The position numbers and the translations under genes are program-made. This document shows, piece by piece, positions 1 to 7,914 of a stretch of 42,154 nucleotides of DNA (positions are counted from its first letter, which is position 1; every line of letters starts with the position of its first letter). Below the pieces are notes generated by a model. It saw nothing but the letters and a program-made list of their open reading frames with translations. It did not search any database and was not told the origin of the DNA. The stretch comes from Lachnospiraceae bacterium (lineage in GTDB: Bacteria > Bacillota > Clostridia > Lachnospirales > Lachnospiraceae), in NCBI GenBank assembly GCA_024691145.1, contig JAILNW010000050.1, positions 1 through 42,154 on the forward strand, given 5' to 3'.

Positions 1-675
1 TATTATTTGAGGCATACTACTATCTATCATAATAAGATTCCTCTTAAAACCAGAATGATTCATGTCTGAATACTCAATAACTCCACCATAATTTTTTATT
101 AATTTCATTCTATCTTTAATTTTTGTTTTTGTCTCTATAGAGTTTATTTCTTTTGCTTGTTCAGATGTCAGCCCTTTTACTCTGTATATAAAATTAGTTG
201 TAGTTCCTGCATTCAATAAAGTCGGTGCATTTCCTATTTCAGATTTTATTGAAAATCCAACATTTCTTACATAGTTTGTATGTATATCCTGAATTTGCAT
301 TGAAATATCCGTTTTATCTGTTGATGGTGCTTTTATTTTAGTAACTTTTATTCCATTGGCAAATTTTGCAATTTCTTCTAATTCAAAACTTCCTGAATGT
401 GATACAATCTCTTTTAGTAATTTGTTAGCTTTTTTTTCAACTTCATTTCTTGGAATAGTCATTATCACGCCAGATTGATGTTCAACAATTATATTCTCGT
501 CAGCTATACTATAATAAAAGACATCTCCCTTTTGTTCTTCTCGAATTATTTTCAAAATAGGATAATAAACATCACTGATTTTCTCTAACTTCTCATTTGC
601 TGCAAATACTCTTCCTTGACTAAGTAGTTTCAAAAAAGTATATAATTCCGACCATTCTCCTTTATTTCCTACCAT
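1..675 (-). CDS. Type II restriction endonuclease, HpaII-like (3' end truncated by the window edge)
   Basis: Not in the ORF track because no stop is reached. I checked the minus frame from ATG 675 to position 1 and it is open. AAGGAAAG sits just upstream, and the ATG lies 7 nt after the methyltransferase stop. My translation reads MVGNKGEWSELYTFLKLLSQGRVFAANEKLEKISDVYYPILKIIREEQKGDVFYYSIADE...KSEIGNAPTLLNAGTTTNFIYRVKGL... The NKGEWSE start and the TLLNA..TNF block recall the HpaII endonuclease family, and the gene is co-oriented behind a HpaII-like m5C methyltransferase. Confidence 0.7.
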   Translation of the reverse strand, partial: MVGNKGEWSELYTFLKLLSQGRVFAANEKLEKISDVYYPILKIIREEQKGDVFYYSIADENIIVEHQSGVIMTIPRNEVEKKANKLLKEIVSHSGSFELEEIAKFANGIKVTKIKAPSTDKTDISMQIQDIHTNYVRNVGFSIKSEIGNAPTLLNAGTTTNFIYRVKGLTSEQAKEINSIETKTKIKDRMKLIKNYGGVIEYSDMNHSGFKRNLIMIDSSMPQII

Positions 676-682
676 TCTTTCC

Positions 683-1690
683 TTATTGTTCTTCTCCACC
701 TTCTAATACCTTCCTTATCTCTTTTGCTATTGCCTCAATTACATTTACCGTAACACTATTACCAAATTGTTTATATAAATGTGTATCTGCTATTACAAAT
801 TTAAAATCATCAGGAAACCCCTGTAATCTTGCCCATTCTCGTGGTGTCATCTTTCTTATTCCCAACCTATTTACTTCCCCTTTTATATGAGTTACAGGTG
901 TAAAATCTTTTAATCTCTTATCTACTATTAGATTTCTTTCTCTTCCCATTCCTCCACATACAATTGCTCCTGCCTGTCCGTTTATATCTCTTATTTCATA
1001 TCCAAAGCCATGACCTTTAGCTGCATGTCTTTCTTTATGTCTTTTCAATGTTTCTAAATATGTATTTGAAAGATAATATTTTACACTAACTACATTTTTT
1101 TCCATTATGTCCTTGATACTAGTATCCGAATTATTACCTTCTGGAAATATAAATTTTGTACTATCTATATCATTCCTGAATGCTACAATATATATTCTTT
1201 CTCGATTTTGAGGAACGCCAAAGTCTTTACTATTTAATATTTTATCATATACAATATAACCTATTTGTTCAAAAGATTTTTTTATTACTTTAAATGTCCG
1301 TCCTCTGTCATGCATTACTAATCCTTTTACATTTTCACAAAAAATGACCTTAGGTTTATGATACTCACATATTCGAACAACATCTTGAAACAATGTTCCT
1401 CTACACATCCCCTTGTAATCATCTTCGAATCCCATTCTTTTTCCAGCCAAAGAGAATGCCTGACACGGAAATCCCGCAAGACATATATCAAAAACTGGAA
1501 TATCTTCTACCTCTATTTTTGTTATATCTCCAGCAATTTCAAAATCATCTTTAAAATTTGCCTGATATGTTTTTTGAGCAAACTTATCCCACTCACTCAC
1601 AAAAACCGTAGAAATATCTTCCTTAAAGGCACTCTCAAATCCTTTTCTAATTCCTCCTATTCCCGCAAATAAATCTATTGATCTGTACAT
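683..1690 (-). CDS. DNA (cytosine-5)-methyltransferase, M.HpaII-like
   Basis: All canonical m5C MTase motifs are present: I DLFAGIGG, IV GFPCQAFS, VI ENVKGL, VIII QNRERIYIV, X GNSVTV. The variable region (KYYLSNTYLETLKRHKERH..GFGYEI..GGMGRERNL..GEVNRLGIRKMTPREWARLQGFPD) resembles M.HpaII as I remember it. Confidence 0.95.
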   Translation of the reverse strand: MYRSIDLFAGIGGIRKGFESAFKEDISTVFVSEWDKFAQKTYQANFKDDFEIAGDITKIEVEDIPVFDICLAGFPCQAFSLAGKRMGFEDDYKGMCRGTLFQDVVRICEYHKPKVIFCENVKGLVMHDRGRTFKVIKKSFEQIGYIVYDKILNSKDFGVPQNRERIYIVAFRNDIDSTKFIFPEGNNSDTSIKDIMEKNVVSVKYYLSNTYLETLKRHKERHAAKGHGFGYEIRDINGQAGAIVCGGMGRERNLIVDKRLKDFTPVTHIKGEVNRLGIRKMTPREWARLQGFPDDFKFVIADTHLYKQFGNSVTVNVIEAIAKEIRKVLEGGEEQ

Positions 1691-1754
1691 GATTGAACTG
1701 CTCCTTTATTACATACAACTAAATCATCAAATCTTATCTATTTCCTATCTTTCT

Positions 1755-1783
1755 ATGATACCATTTTCGTTGAAATTCGTCAA
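1755..1783 (-). promoter_or_regulatory. Candidate sigma-A promoter for the methyltransferase-endonuclease pair
   Basis: Minus strand reads TTGACG (1783-1778), a 17 nt spacer, then TGgTATCAT (extended -10, hexamer 1760-1755). It sits ~65 nt upstream of the MTase ATG and directly downstream of the HTH gene stop. Confidence 0.5.
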
Positions 1784-1803
1784 TTATTTCCATATATTTA
1801 CAT

Positions 1804-2034
1804 TTAACTTTTTACTACCACTATATCATCCAAAGATACCCCAAACAATACCGCTAGTATAATCATATTATCTATTGTAGGAAGTGCCGTACCATACTGC
1901 CACTTGTATATAGCCTGAGGTGTTCCAAATCCAAGTATATTCTGCAATTCCTTAACTGAAAGTCCTGCCTTTTTTCTTAATTTCTTAATGTTTTCTCCTG
2001 TCTTAGTCATGTCCACTATCGGTAAATTAATCAT
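1804..2034 (-). CDS. Small XRE-family helix-turn-helix transcriptional regulator (about 76 aa)
   Basis: The tracked ORF is 1804-2160. However, ATG at 2034 (MINLPIVDMTKTGENIKKLRKKAGLSVKELQNILGFGTPQAIYKWQYG..) is preceded by GGTGGAGG 6-7 nt upstream, and the upstream extension is AT-rich junk. Typical HTH_3 pattern (LS..ELA..LG.s...I..WE.G...P). Confidence 0.8.
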   Translation of the reverse strand: MINLPIVDMTKTGENIKKLRKKAGLSVKELQNILGFGTPQAIYKWQYGTALPTIDNMIILAVLFGVSLDDIVVVKS

Positions 2035-2111
2035 TCTTATCGCCTCCACCTTAAATTTTACATTAAAGTATGTCGCGATATTGTGACTCAGAAAAATTTT
2101 TTTTAACTTTT

Positions 2112-2128
2112 TTATACTACTAGTATAA
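2112..2128. promoter_or_regulatory. 17-bp perfect palindrome TTATACTA-C-TAGTATAA (candidate operator), with a third half-site ATTATACT at 2143-2150
   Basis: Read directly from the sequence. It lies in the divergent HTH / paralog-1 intergenic region. It overlaps the candidate -10 of the HTH gene, and the third half-site lies inside the spacer of the paralog-1 promoter. Confidence 0.35.
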
Positions 2129-2137
2129 TTTTTTATA

Positions 2138-2166
2138 TTGCAATTATACTCTCTATACATTATAAT
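2138..2166 (+). promoter_or_regulatory. Candidate sigma-A promoter of the paralog-1/paralog-2 operon
   Basis: TTGCAA (2138-2143), exactly 17 nt, TATAAT (2161-2166), about 50 nt upstream of ATG 2217. TTGCAA is itself palindromic, so it could also serve as -35 for the divergent HTH gene (TTGCAA-18-TAGTAT on the minus strand). Confidence 0.5.
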
Positions 2167-2216
2167 TGTTCAATGTGATTTTATACAACTTATTTTTTAC
2201 TTGGAGGTACACATTT

Positions 2217-4094
2217 ATGTTAAAAGAGAAACTACGCAAACTTACAATTGCAGCATTATCACTTGGCTTTGCAATTGTCTTTACAAACACAAACCCTATT
2301 ACAGCAAAAGCTAGCAACGATAACTTAGGGACTGTAGGTATTACAGATGATGGATTTTCTTATACTATAGAAAATGGCGAAGCAACAATCACTAGCTATA
2401 GTCTAAATCCACATAATGATTTATTCTATGGATATGCACCCGCAAGTGGTGAAAGCACTTACGGACTTAGTTCGATAAAAGCTACATATGAAGAAGCAAA
2501 AGAGATATGTGAACAAAATGGTGGTCACCTTGTCTCAATTGAGTCTGCAAAGGAAAGAGATCTTTTATTTAAAACTGAGGCGTTAATTGACTACCCGATT
2601 TTTATAAAGTCTAGTGTAAATCCTTATAGTCATGAATCATCTGATAATGAGAGCTATGAATTAAGATTTTTTGATCTTTCTTCTACACCAACAAGAGAAA
2701 CGCCCTCATATTTCATTTATAAAATGACTACTTCTTTCTTTGATAAGTTCAGACCAATACGTGATTTTACAGAAGATACAACCTTATTTGATCACGAATA
2801 TATGTATACTTACTATGATATAGCTACATATTTTATATGTGAATGGGAAGATACAACTCCTAGAAACTTTTATACAATAGACACAGATATCGTTATACCT
2901 GAAGAAATTAATGGCTATCCTGTTACAAATATAAATAATGATGCTTTCCCTTTATTAGAAAAATATGGTTCTAGAGATTATTTACATACTCTCCAAATTG
3001 ATGCAAAACTTGATACCTTATGTGATTTTAGATGTTCACCATATCTAACTACTGTAACTTTACCTGATTCACTGCTAAAAATCAACGATTATACTTTTGA
3101 TTATTGTATCAGTTTAGAATCAGTAAATATACCATCAAATGTTAATTATATCGGTGACTATGCTTTTTCAATAACAAAACTCTCAGTTATAGATATACCA
3201 AAAAGCGTAAAACACATTGGTACATGCGCTTTTGCTGGCAGTAATGTTTATTCAGTTACACTACATGAAGGTCTTGAAACTATAGGTGATTATGCCTTTG
3301 CATATAATTACGGTTTAGCTTCATTTATTATACCTGACTCTGTAAAAAATCTTGGAGTTTCAATAACTCTAAGGTCTTATACTCAGTTACTGATTACTTC
3401 AGTGAATAAAGATATTACAGTTAATATTAACAAAGGTAATGGTATTGATATCGAATATACTCTTTATCACCACCATTTTTACTTTAATACAAAAGCAATT
3501 GTTTTTAAATATGGTATTAATGAACTAAAAGAAAATTGTATAACCTGTAATGGTTTAGGACTTATCTTTGTTCCACAATCAGTAACTAATATAGAAGCCA
3601 ATGCCTTTTCCAAGTGTAAAAGCATAAGTACTCTTTATCTTCCAGAGCACTTCAAAGATTTTACAGAAGATGAAATTGCTAAAGTTTTAGGCGATTGTAA
3701 TGTTAACGAAATCATTTTCTATGAATGTATTGATGAATGTATAGACGCAATTATGGCATGTGAAAGTGATTACTTTACAAAAAATACTTTTAAAATTCAA
3801 CTCCGTGAATGCCTAATTCCTCATGATACTGAATATTCAGATATAGATAATGACAGTCAGACAAGTCCTTCTGAAGAACAAGTTGGTTGCACAGAATGTA
3901 CTGAATGCAATGGATGTAATGAACCTACTATTACTGAAGAATGCTGCGATAGAACAACCAATACAAATACGGATAATAAAAACAAACATAAAAAGCAAAA
4001 GCAGAAAAAACAAAAAAAACAGAAAAAACAGAAAAATCAGAAGAATCAGAAAAACAAAACACATTCAATTAGCAAAAAAGCTAAAAAACTATAA
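2217..4094 (+). CDS. Secreted CTLD-like + BspA-type LRR (LRR_5) protein, paralog 1 (Cys-rich, K/Q-rich basic C-terminal tail)
   Basis: ATG 2217 follows GGAGG (2203-2207); the tracked upstream extension from 2166 is unlikely. Signal peptide MLKEKLRKLTIAALSLGFAIVFTNTNPITAKA|S. CTLD-like blocks YGLSSIKATYEEAKEICEQNGGHLVSIESAKERD ... YFICEW (nt ~2424-2852). These are followed by LRR_5 repeats (SLESVNIPSNVNYIGDYAF.., IDIPKSVKHIGTCAF..). Confidence 0.85.
   Translation: MLKEKLRKLTIAALSLGFAIVFTNTNPITAKASNDNLGTVGITDDGFSYTIENGEATITSYSLNPHNDLFYGYAPASGESTYGLSSIKATYEEAKEICEQNGGHLVSIESAKERDLLFKTEALIDYPIFIKSSVNPYSHESSDNESYELRFFDLSSTPTRETPSYFIYKMTTSFFDKFRPIRDFTEDTTLFDHEYMYTYYDIATYFICEWEDTTPRNFYTIDTDIVIPEEINGYPVTNINNDAFPLLEKYGSRDYLHTLQIDAKLDTLCDFRCSPYLTTVTLPDSLLKINDYTFDYCISLESVNIPSNVNYIGDYAFSITKLSVIDIPKSVKHIGTCAFAGSNVYSVTLHEGLETIGDYAFAYNYGLASFIIPDSVKNLGVSITLRSYTQLLITSVNKDITVNINKGNGIDIEYTLYHHHFYFNTKAIVFKYGINELKENCITCNGLGLIFVPQSVTNIEANAFSKCKSISTLYLPEHFKDFTEDEIAKVLGDCNVNEIIFYECIDECIDAIMACESDYFTKNTFKIQLRECLIPHDTEYSDIDNDSQTSPSEEQVGCTECTECNGCNEPTITEECCDRTTNTNTDNKNKHKKQKQKKQKKQKKQKNQKNQKNKTHSISKKAKKL
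3974..4060 (+). repeat. A-rich low-complexity tract encoding (K/Q/N)-rich tail, with homopolymer runs A6 (4005-4010), A8 (4012-4019), A6 (4023-4028)
   Basis: Sequence ...aaaagcaaaagcagaaaaaacaaaaaaaacagaaaaaacagaaaaatcagaagaatcagaaaaac... encodes KHKKQKQKKQKKQKKQKNQKNQKNK. Confidence 0.8.
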
Positions 4095-4123
4095 CCATTA
4101 CATGAGTTGGAGGTATAAACATT

Positions 4124-6007
4124 ATGAAAAAACAACTGTTAAAATTAACAATTGCCACATTATCACTTGGCTTTGCAATTGTCCTTACAAACACAAAACC
4201 TATTACAGCAAAAGCTAGCAACGATACTTTAGAAAATACAGGTATTACAGATGATGGATTTTCTTATACTATTGAAAATGGCGAAGCCACAATTACTAGC
4301 TATAGTCTAAATCCTAACAATGATTTATTTTATGGATATTCTGTCTCATCTAATGGTCATACTTACGGCATAAGTTCAATAAGAGCTACATATGATGAGG
4401 CAGAAAGAATCTGTAAAGAAAACAATGGTCATCTAGTAACAATAGACTCCAATACTGAAAGAGACATTATACACAATATAGAACTCTTATACAATGGTCC
4501 TATATTTATTGGTAACTGTACATCTCCATATTCAGATGATTTCAGTAATCATTATAGATTTGAAGAGTTTTATAACTCACCATTAAAGGACAATTATTCA
4601 TATTTATTGTGTGATACAGAAAAAGATTCCTATGGTGATTCTACTTCCGAAAACAGACATTACGGCTATTTCTATACAAATGCCGACTTTTTAACATATT
4701 TTATCTGTGAATGGGATTTAAATGCACCTGAAAACTACCATACTATAAATACAGACATTATTATACCCGAGAAAATAAACAATATTCCTGTTACAAAACT
4801 TGAACCTAAAACATTTCCATATTTACAAAAATATGAATCAAGAGATTATATTCATACACTTACTGTATATGCCCAGATAGAATCAATCTCTGGTTTAAAT
4901 GATTGTCCAAACCTTACAATGGTGGTACTTCCAAAATCTCTTAAAGAGATAAACGATAAGACATTTGAATTCTGCACAAATCTAAAGACAATAGAAATAC
5001 CTGAAAAAGTAGAACGCATTGGAAAATTTGCTTTTAATGCTTCAGGAATAGAAAATATTACTATTCCCAAAAGCGTTAAAACAATTGACAATTGTGCTTT
5101 TTCAAATACGCTTTTAAACAGCATTACATTTAATGAAGGTTTGATTAATATTGGACAAGAAGCATTCTCTTATAGTGGTATCAGCAATATAATATTACCC
5201 GATACCCTTGAAACACTTGGAAACAATGCATTTATTTACTCTAACATACATACACTAATTATACCAAAAAATGCAAAGATAGTGACTTCTAATGCAAATC
5301 AACTTTTATCTTCATTGGAAATATTAAGAACCTATAGAGCTGATAGCTATATTAATTATGTTCATATTTCGCATTCAATACCAAAGATTCACAATGTTAT
5401 TTTTGCTTATGGTACAATCCGAATGGATAGTGACTCAATTCCATTTGAAAGCCTTTCAAATGTTGTTATTCCAGAATCAGTATCTATTATTGAAAATAAT
5501 ACTTTCAATAAGTGCAAAAACATCCAAAATCTTTATTTGCCAAAAGCATTTGAAAGTTTTTCTAACAAAAAATTGATGAATATTTTAGGTTCAACTACTG
5601 TGGAAAACATATACTATGGAACAGATTTTGACTTATTGTTAAATAACTTAGAGCTAAACGACGAAGAAAACAATTCATTATTTATCGATGAATTACGTAC
5701 AAATATCATAGTTCCAGCAAATGCAACTGCCAAACCAACAGAAACTGCAGAGCCTGTTGAAACTGCAATTCCTGAAAACACACAAATACCAGAAACTTCT
5801 GCAGAACCAATTAACACACAATCACCTGAAACAGTTCCTTCAGTTGTCCCTGAAGCAACGAATAAACCAAACATAACTGCTTCACCAACTGAAAAACCTA
5901 CAAATCAATCTAATTATAATAATAATACAATTAATATCTTTAATCCTATTACTATTTTGAAAAAAGTAATAACTAAACTCTTAAAGTATGTTTTTAAATG
6001 GCAATAA
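4124..6007 (+). CDS. Secreted CTLD-like + BspA-type LRR protein, paralog 2 (P/T/E-rich linker and amphipathic C-terminal tail)
   Basis: GGAGG lies 8 nt upstream, only 29 nt after the paralog 1 stop, so the two are probably co-transcribed. The first ~72 aa are nearly identical to paralog 1. CTLD-like blocks YGISSIRATYDEAERICKENNGHLVTIDSNTERD ... YFICEW (nt ~4328-4717), then LRR_5 repeats. The tail is TAKPTETAEPVETAIPENTQIPETSAEP...NIFNPITILKKVITKLLKYVFKWQ. Confidence 0.88.
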   Translation: MKKQLLKLTIATLSLGFAIVLTNTKPITAKASNDTLENTGITDDGFSYTIENGEATITSYSLNPNNDLFYGYSVSSNGHTYGISSIRATYDEAERICKENNGHLVTIDSNTERDIIHNIELLYNGPIFIGNCTSPYSDDFSNHYRFEEFYNSPLKDNYSYLLCDTEKDSYGDSTSENRHYGYFYTNADFLTYFICEWDLNAPENYHTINTDIIIPEKINNIPVTKLEPKTFPYLQKYESRDYIHTLTVYAQIESISGLNDCPNLTMVVLPKSLKEINDKTFEFCTNLKTIEIPEKVERIGKFAFNASGIENITIPKSVKTIDNCAFSNTLLNSITFNEGLINIGQEAFSYSGISNIILPDTLETLGNNAFIYSNIHTLIIPKNAKIVTSNANQLLSSLEILRTYRADSYINYVHISHSIPKIHNVIFAYGTIRMDSDSIPFESLSNVVIPESVSIIENNTFNKCKNIQNLYLPKAFESFSNKKLMNILGSTTVENIYYGTDFDLLLNNLELNDEENNSLFIDELRTNIIVPANATAKPTETAEPVETAIPENTQIPETSAEPINTQSPETVPSVVPEATNKPNITASPTEKPTNQSNYNNNTINIFNPITILKKVITKLLKYVFKWQ

Positions 6008-6012
6008 CCAAC

Positions 6013-6066
6013 ACAAGCTGCCTCCACGTCTTGCACGTAAGAGACAGCTTGTTTATTAATTATTTA
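6013..6066. terminator. Bidirectional intrinsic terminator between convergent paralogs 2 and 3
   Basis: Imperfect hairpin ACAAGCTG-c-CTC-c-ACGT-cttgc-ACGT-aa-GAG-a-CAGCTTGT (6013-6052), followed by TTTATTAATTATTT. Confidence 0.6.
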
Positions 6067-6086
6067 CTTAAAGATTTGTCCTTTTC

Positions 6087-7739
6087 CTACTGTGGTGTTA
6101 CAGTTATTACCTTGTCACCATACTCAACTGTTACAGTTGAAGTGCCGAAAAGCTTGTTTAAGTTTTCTTCCTTGATAGTTGTAGGTATTACAGCTGTTTT
6201 TATAAAAGGATTGTCGAATGCATCATCGCCAATATAACGTACTGTATTAGGAACTTCAACTCTCTTTGTTGTCCAGTTCTTTAAAGCTTCGCTTGGAATA
6301 GAATATGTTCCAGACTGGAATGCGATAGTCTTAGGTCCTCTTCCATACATATCAACTTTTCCTGTACCAAATGTCTTAACAGTTTTAGGGATTGTTAAAG
6401 TATCCACCTTTGCACATTCAACAACACCACTACCAAGATGAGTTAAACCGCTTGGTAAATTAATCTCTGTTAAATTAGTAAAACGGAAAGCATCATTTTC
6501 AATCTTCTTTACACCCTTGTTAATAGTAACTGTCTTTAATTCAGTCTTGCAGAAAGCACCTTCTCCAATTGTTGAAACTGTACCAGGGATAGTTACATCT
6601 GTCATCTTACAGAATCTGAAAGCATTCTTTCCGATAGTTTTAAGATTTCTGTTAATTGTAACACTATTCTTAAGTCCTGCATACTCAAAAGCACTTTCCC
6701 CTATAGAATTAAGTCTGTTATTAAATGTAACACTGTTTAATTTAGATACATGGAATGCATAATTACCAATCTTATAAAGATAAGATGGAAGATTTAATTC
6801 AGTTAATCCATTGTTTTCAAATGCATATGCATCAATTGTCTGTAATGTACATGGAAAACTTACGCTTTTCATATTAGTAGCACCAGAGAAAGTTCCCTCT
6901 TCAATATTTGTAATCTTTGCACTGATTGTAAGGGAATCCATATAAGCACGGTATCCGTCAAACTTAGGGAAGGCGTCCTTATCAACTGTTCTTACAACCA
7001 TTCCATTTACTCTCTGAGGTATAACAAAATCAGTTGAGAATACATGCATGTTCTGAGGCTTAGAATCCCACTCGCATACAAAATATGAGCTAACGTCATA
7101 GTTTGTAACTAATTTTAAATCACTGCTTTCCCACCACTGGTTACCATAACGCTTCTGAAATTTGTTTGTAGCACTGTATGACAATGCTGCATCATCATTA
7201 GCATATGTAAGTGCAGTATTATAATATTTGTACAATGAAACCTTCTTATCACTTTCTAACTTAGTAAGTGTGCTTTCATCACCAAATAATGTGAAGAAAT
7301 CCTTCATATTGCTTTCTGCTACAGTGTCACGACCATAACCATAAAATGTAATTCCCTCGATTATTACTGGTAACTGCTGTGTAGTTGCAACTCTTGTAAG
7401 TGCATCTTTCTCAGCCTGGGAATCTACAGATATAAGCTCTCCGCCATTCTCTTCACAAATCTTCTTTGCTTCATCATATGTAGCTTTTACGGTACTTATA
7501 CCATAATAACGTCCGTCTCTTTCAATACCATAAAAAAGACTATTGTCAGGATTAAAGTTATAGCCAGTAATTCTTGCACCAAAATTACTAGGTGTAAACT
7601 CATATCCATCTTTAGTAACAAGTACTTTGCTTATTTTCTGCTCCTTAGCAAATGCGCTTGTTGCACCAACTGTTGTTCCCACAACAACACCAGCTAATGC
7701 CATACAAACCAAAATTTTTCCTTTTTTGTTCTTTTTCAT
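6087..7739 (-). CDS. Secreted CTLD-like + BspA-type LRR protein, paralog 3 (no extra tail)
   Basis: RBS GGAGGCAGAG upstream. Signal peptide MKKNKKGKILVCMALAGVVVGTTVGATSAFA|K. Blocks DGYEFTP..ARITGYNFNPDNSLFYG, YYGISTVKATYDEAKKICEENGGELISVDSQAEKD ... SYFVCEW (nt ~7065-7535). LRR_5 repeats follow (MKSVSFPCTLQTIDAYAF.., LNLPSYLYKIGNYAF..). Confidence 0.88.
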   Translation of the reverse strand: MKKNKKGKILVCMALAGVVVGTTVGATSAFAKEQKISKVLVTKDGYEFTPSNFGARITGYNFNPDNSLFYGIERDGRYYGISTVKATYDEAKKICEENGGELISVDSQAEKDALTRVATTQQLPVIIEGITFYGYGRDTVAESNMKDFFTLFGDESTLTKLESDKKVSLYKYYNTALTYANDDAALSYSATNKFQKRYGNQWWESSDLKLVTNYDVSSYFVCEWDSKPQNMHVFSTDFVIPQRVNGMVVRTVDKDAFPKFDGYRAYMDSLTISAKITNIEEGTFSGATNMKSVSFPCTLQTIDAYAFENNGLTELNLPSYLYKIGNYAFHVSKLNSVTFNNRLNSIGESAFEYAGLKNSVTINRNLKTIGKNAFRFCKMTDVTIPGTVSTIGEGAFCKTELKTVTINKGVKKIENDAFRFTNLTEINLPSGLTHLGSGVVECAKVDTLTIPKTVKTFGTGKVDMYGRGPKTIAFQSGTYSIPSEALKNWTTKRVEVPNTVRYIGDDAFDNPFIKTAVIPTTIKEENLNKLFGTSTVTVEYGDKVITVTPQ

Positions 7740-7752
7740 ACTCTGCCTCCTG

Positions 7753-7773
7753 ATATTAATATTATATTAATAT
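7753..7773. promoter_or_regulatory. Two copies of the 10-bp palindrome ATATTAATAT spaced 11 bp apart (7753-7762, 7764-7773)
   Basis: Read directly. They lie in the predicted 5' leader of paralog 3, between its promoter and RBS. Confidence 0.35.
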
Positions 7774-7800
7774 TTTCGTAATTTTTATTAATACTTTTCA

Positions 7801-7829
7801 ATTATACTCCCATTTGTCACGTTTTTCAA
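7801..7829 (-). promoter_or_regulatory. Candidate sigma-A promoter of paralog 3
   Basis: Minus strand reads TTGAAA (7829-7824), exactly 17 nt, TATAAT (7806-7801), about 60 nt upstream of ATG 7739. Confidence 0.55.
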
Positions 7830-7914
7830 GTATGTTTTCGCCATTATCTCAATTTTTATATAATATTCATAAATCCTTAACTCTAACGTGTACAATAAAC
7901 GCATTTTTATACAA

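Noticed and set aside
2051-2085. Sigma-28-like -10 element (GTCGCGATAT, resembling GCCGATAT) upstream of paralog 1. This would have tied the lectin-LRR genes to the flagellar regulon.
   Set aside because: The hexamer core matches only partly. The nearest TAAA lies 16-18 nt away rather than 15. A much better sigma-A promoter (TTGCAA-17-TATAAT) lies closer to the gene.
2166-2216. Upstream-extended starts given by the ORF track: 2166 for paralog 1, 7964 for paralog 4, 2160 for the HTH gene, and several GTG/TTG starts in flagellar genes.
   Set aside because: Internal ATG codons with proper GGAGG-type RBS spacing give canonical N-termini (signal peptides, a compact HTH). The extensions are AT-rich and overlap promoter elements.
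3850-4218. Alternative-frame ORF spanning the paralog 1 tail and the paralog 2 start. This suggested a frameshift-generated fusion through the A8 tract.
   Set aside because: The frame (1) differs from both paralog 1 (0) and paralog 2 (2). Slippage therefore cannot fuse the two genes; it would only alter the tail.
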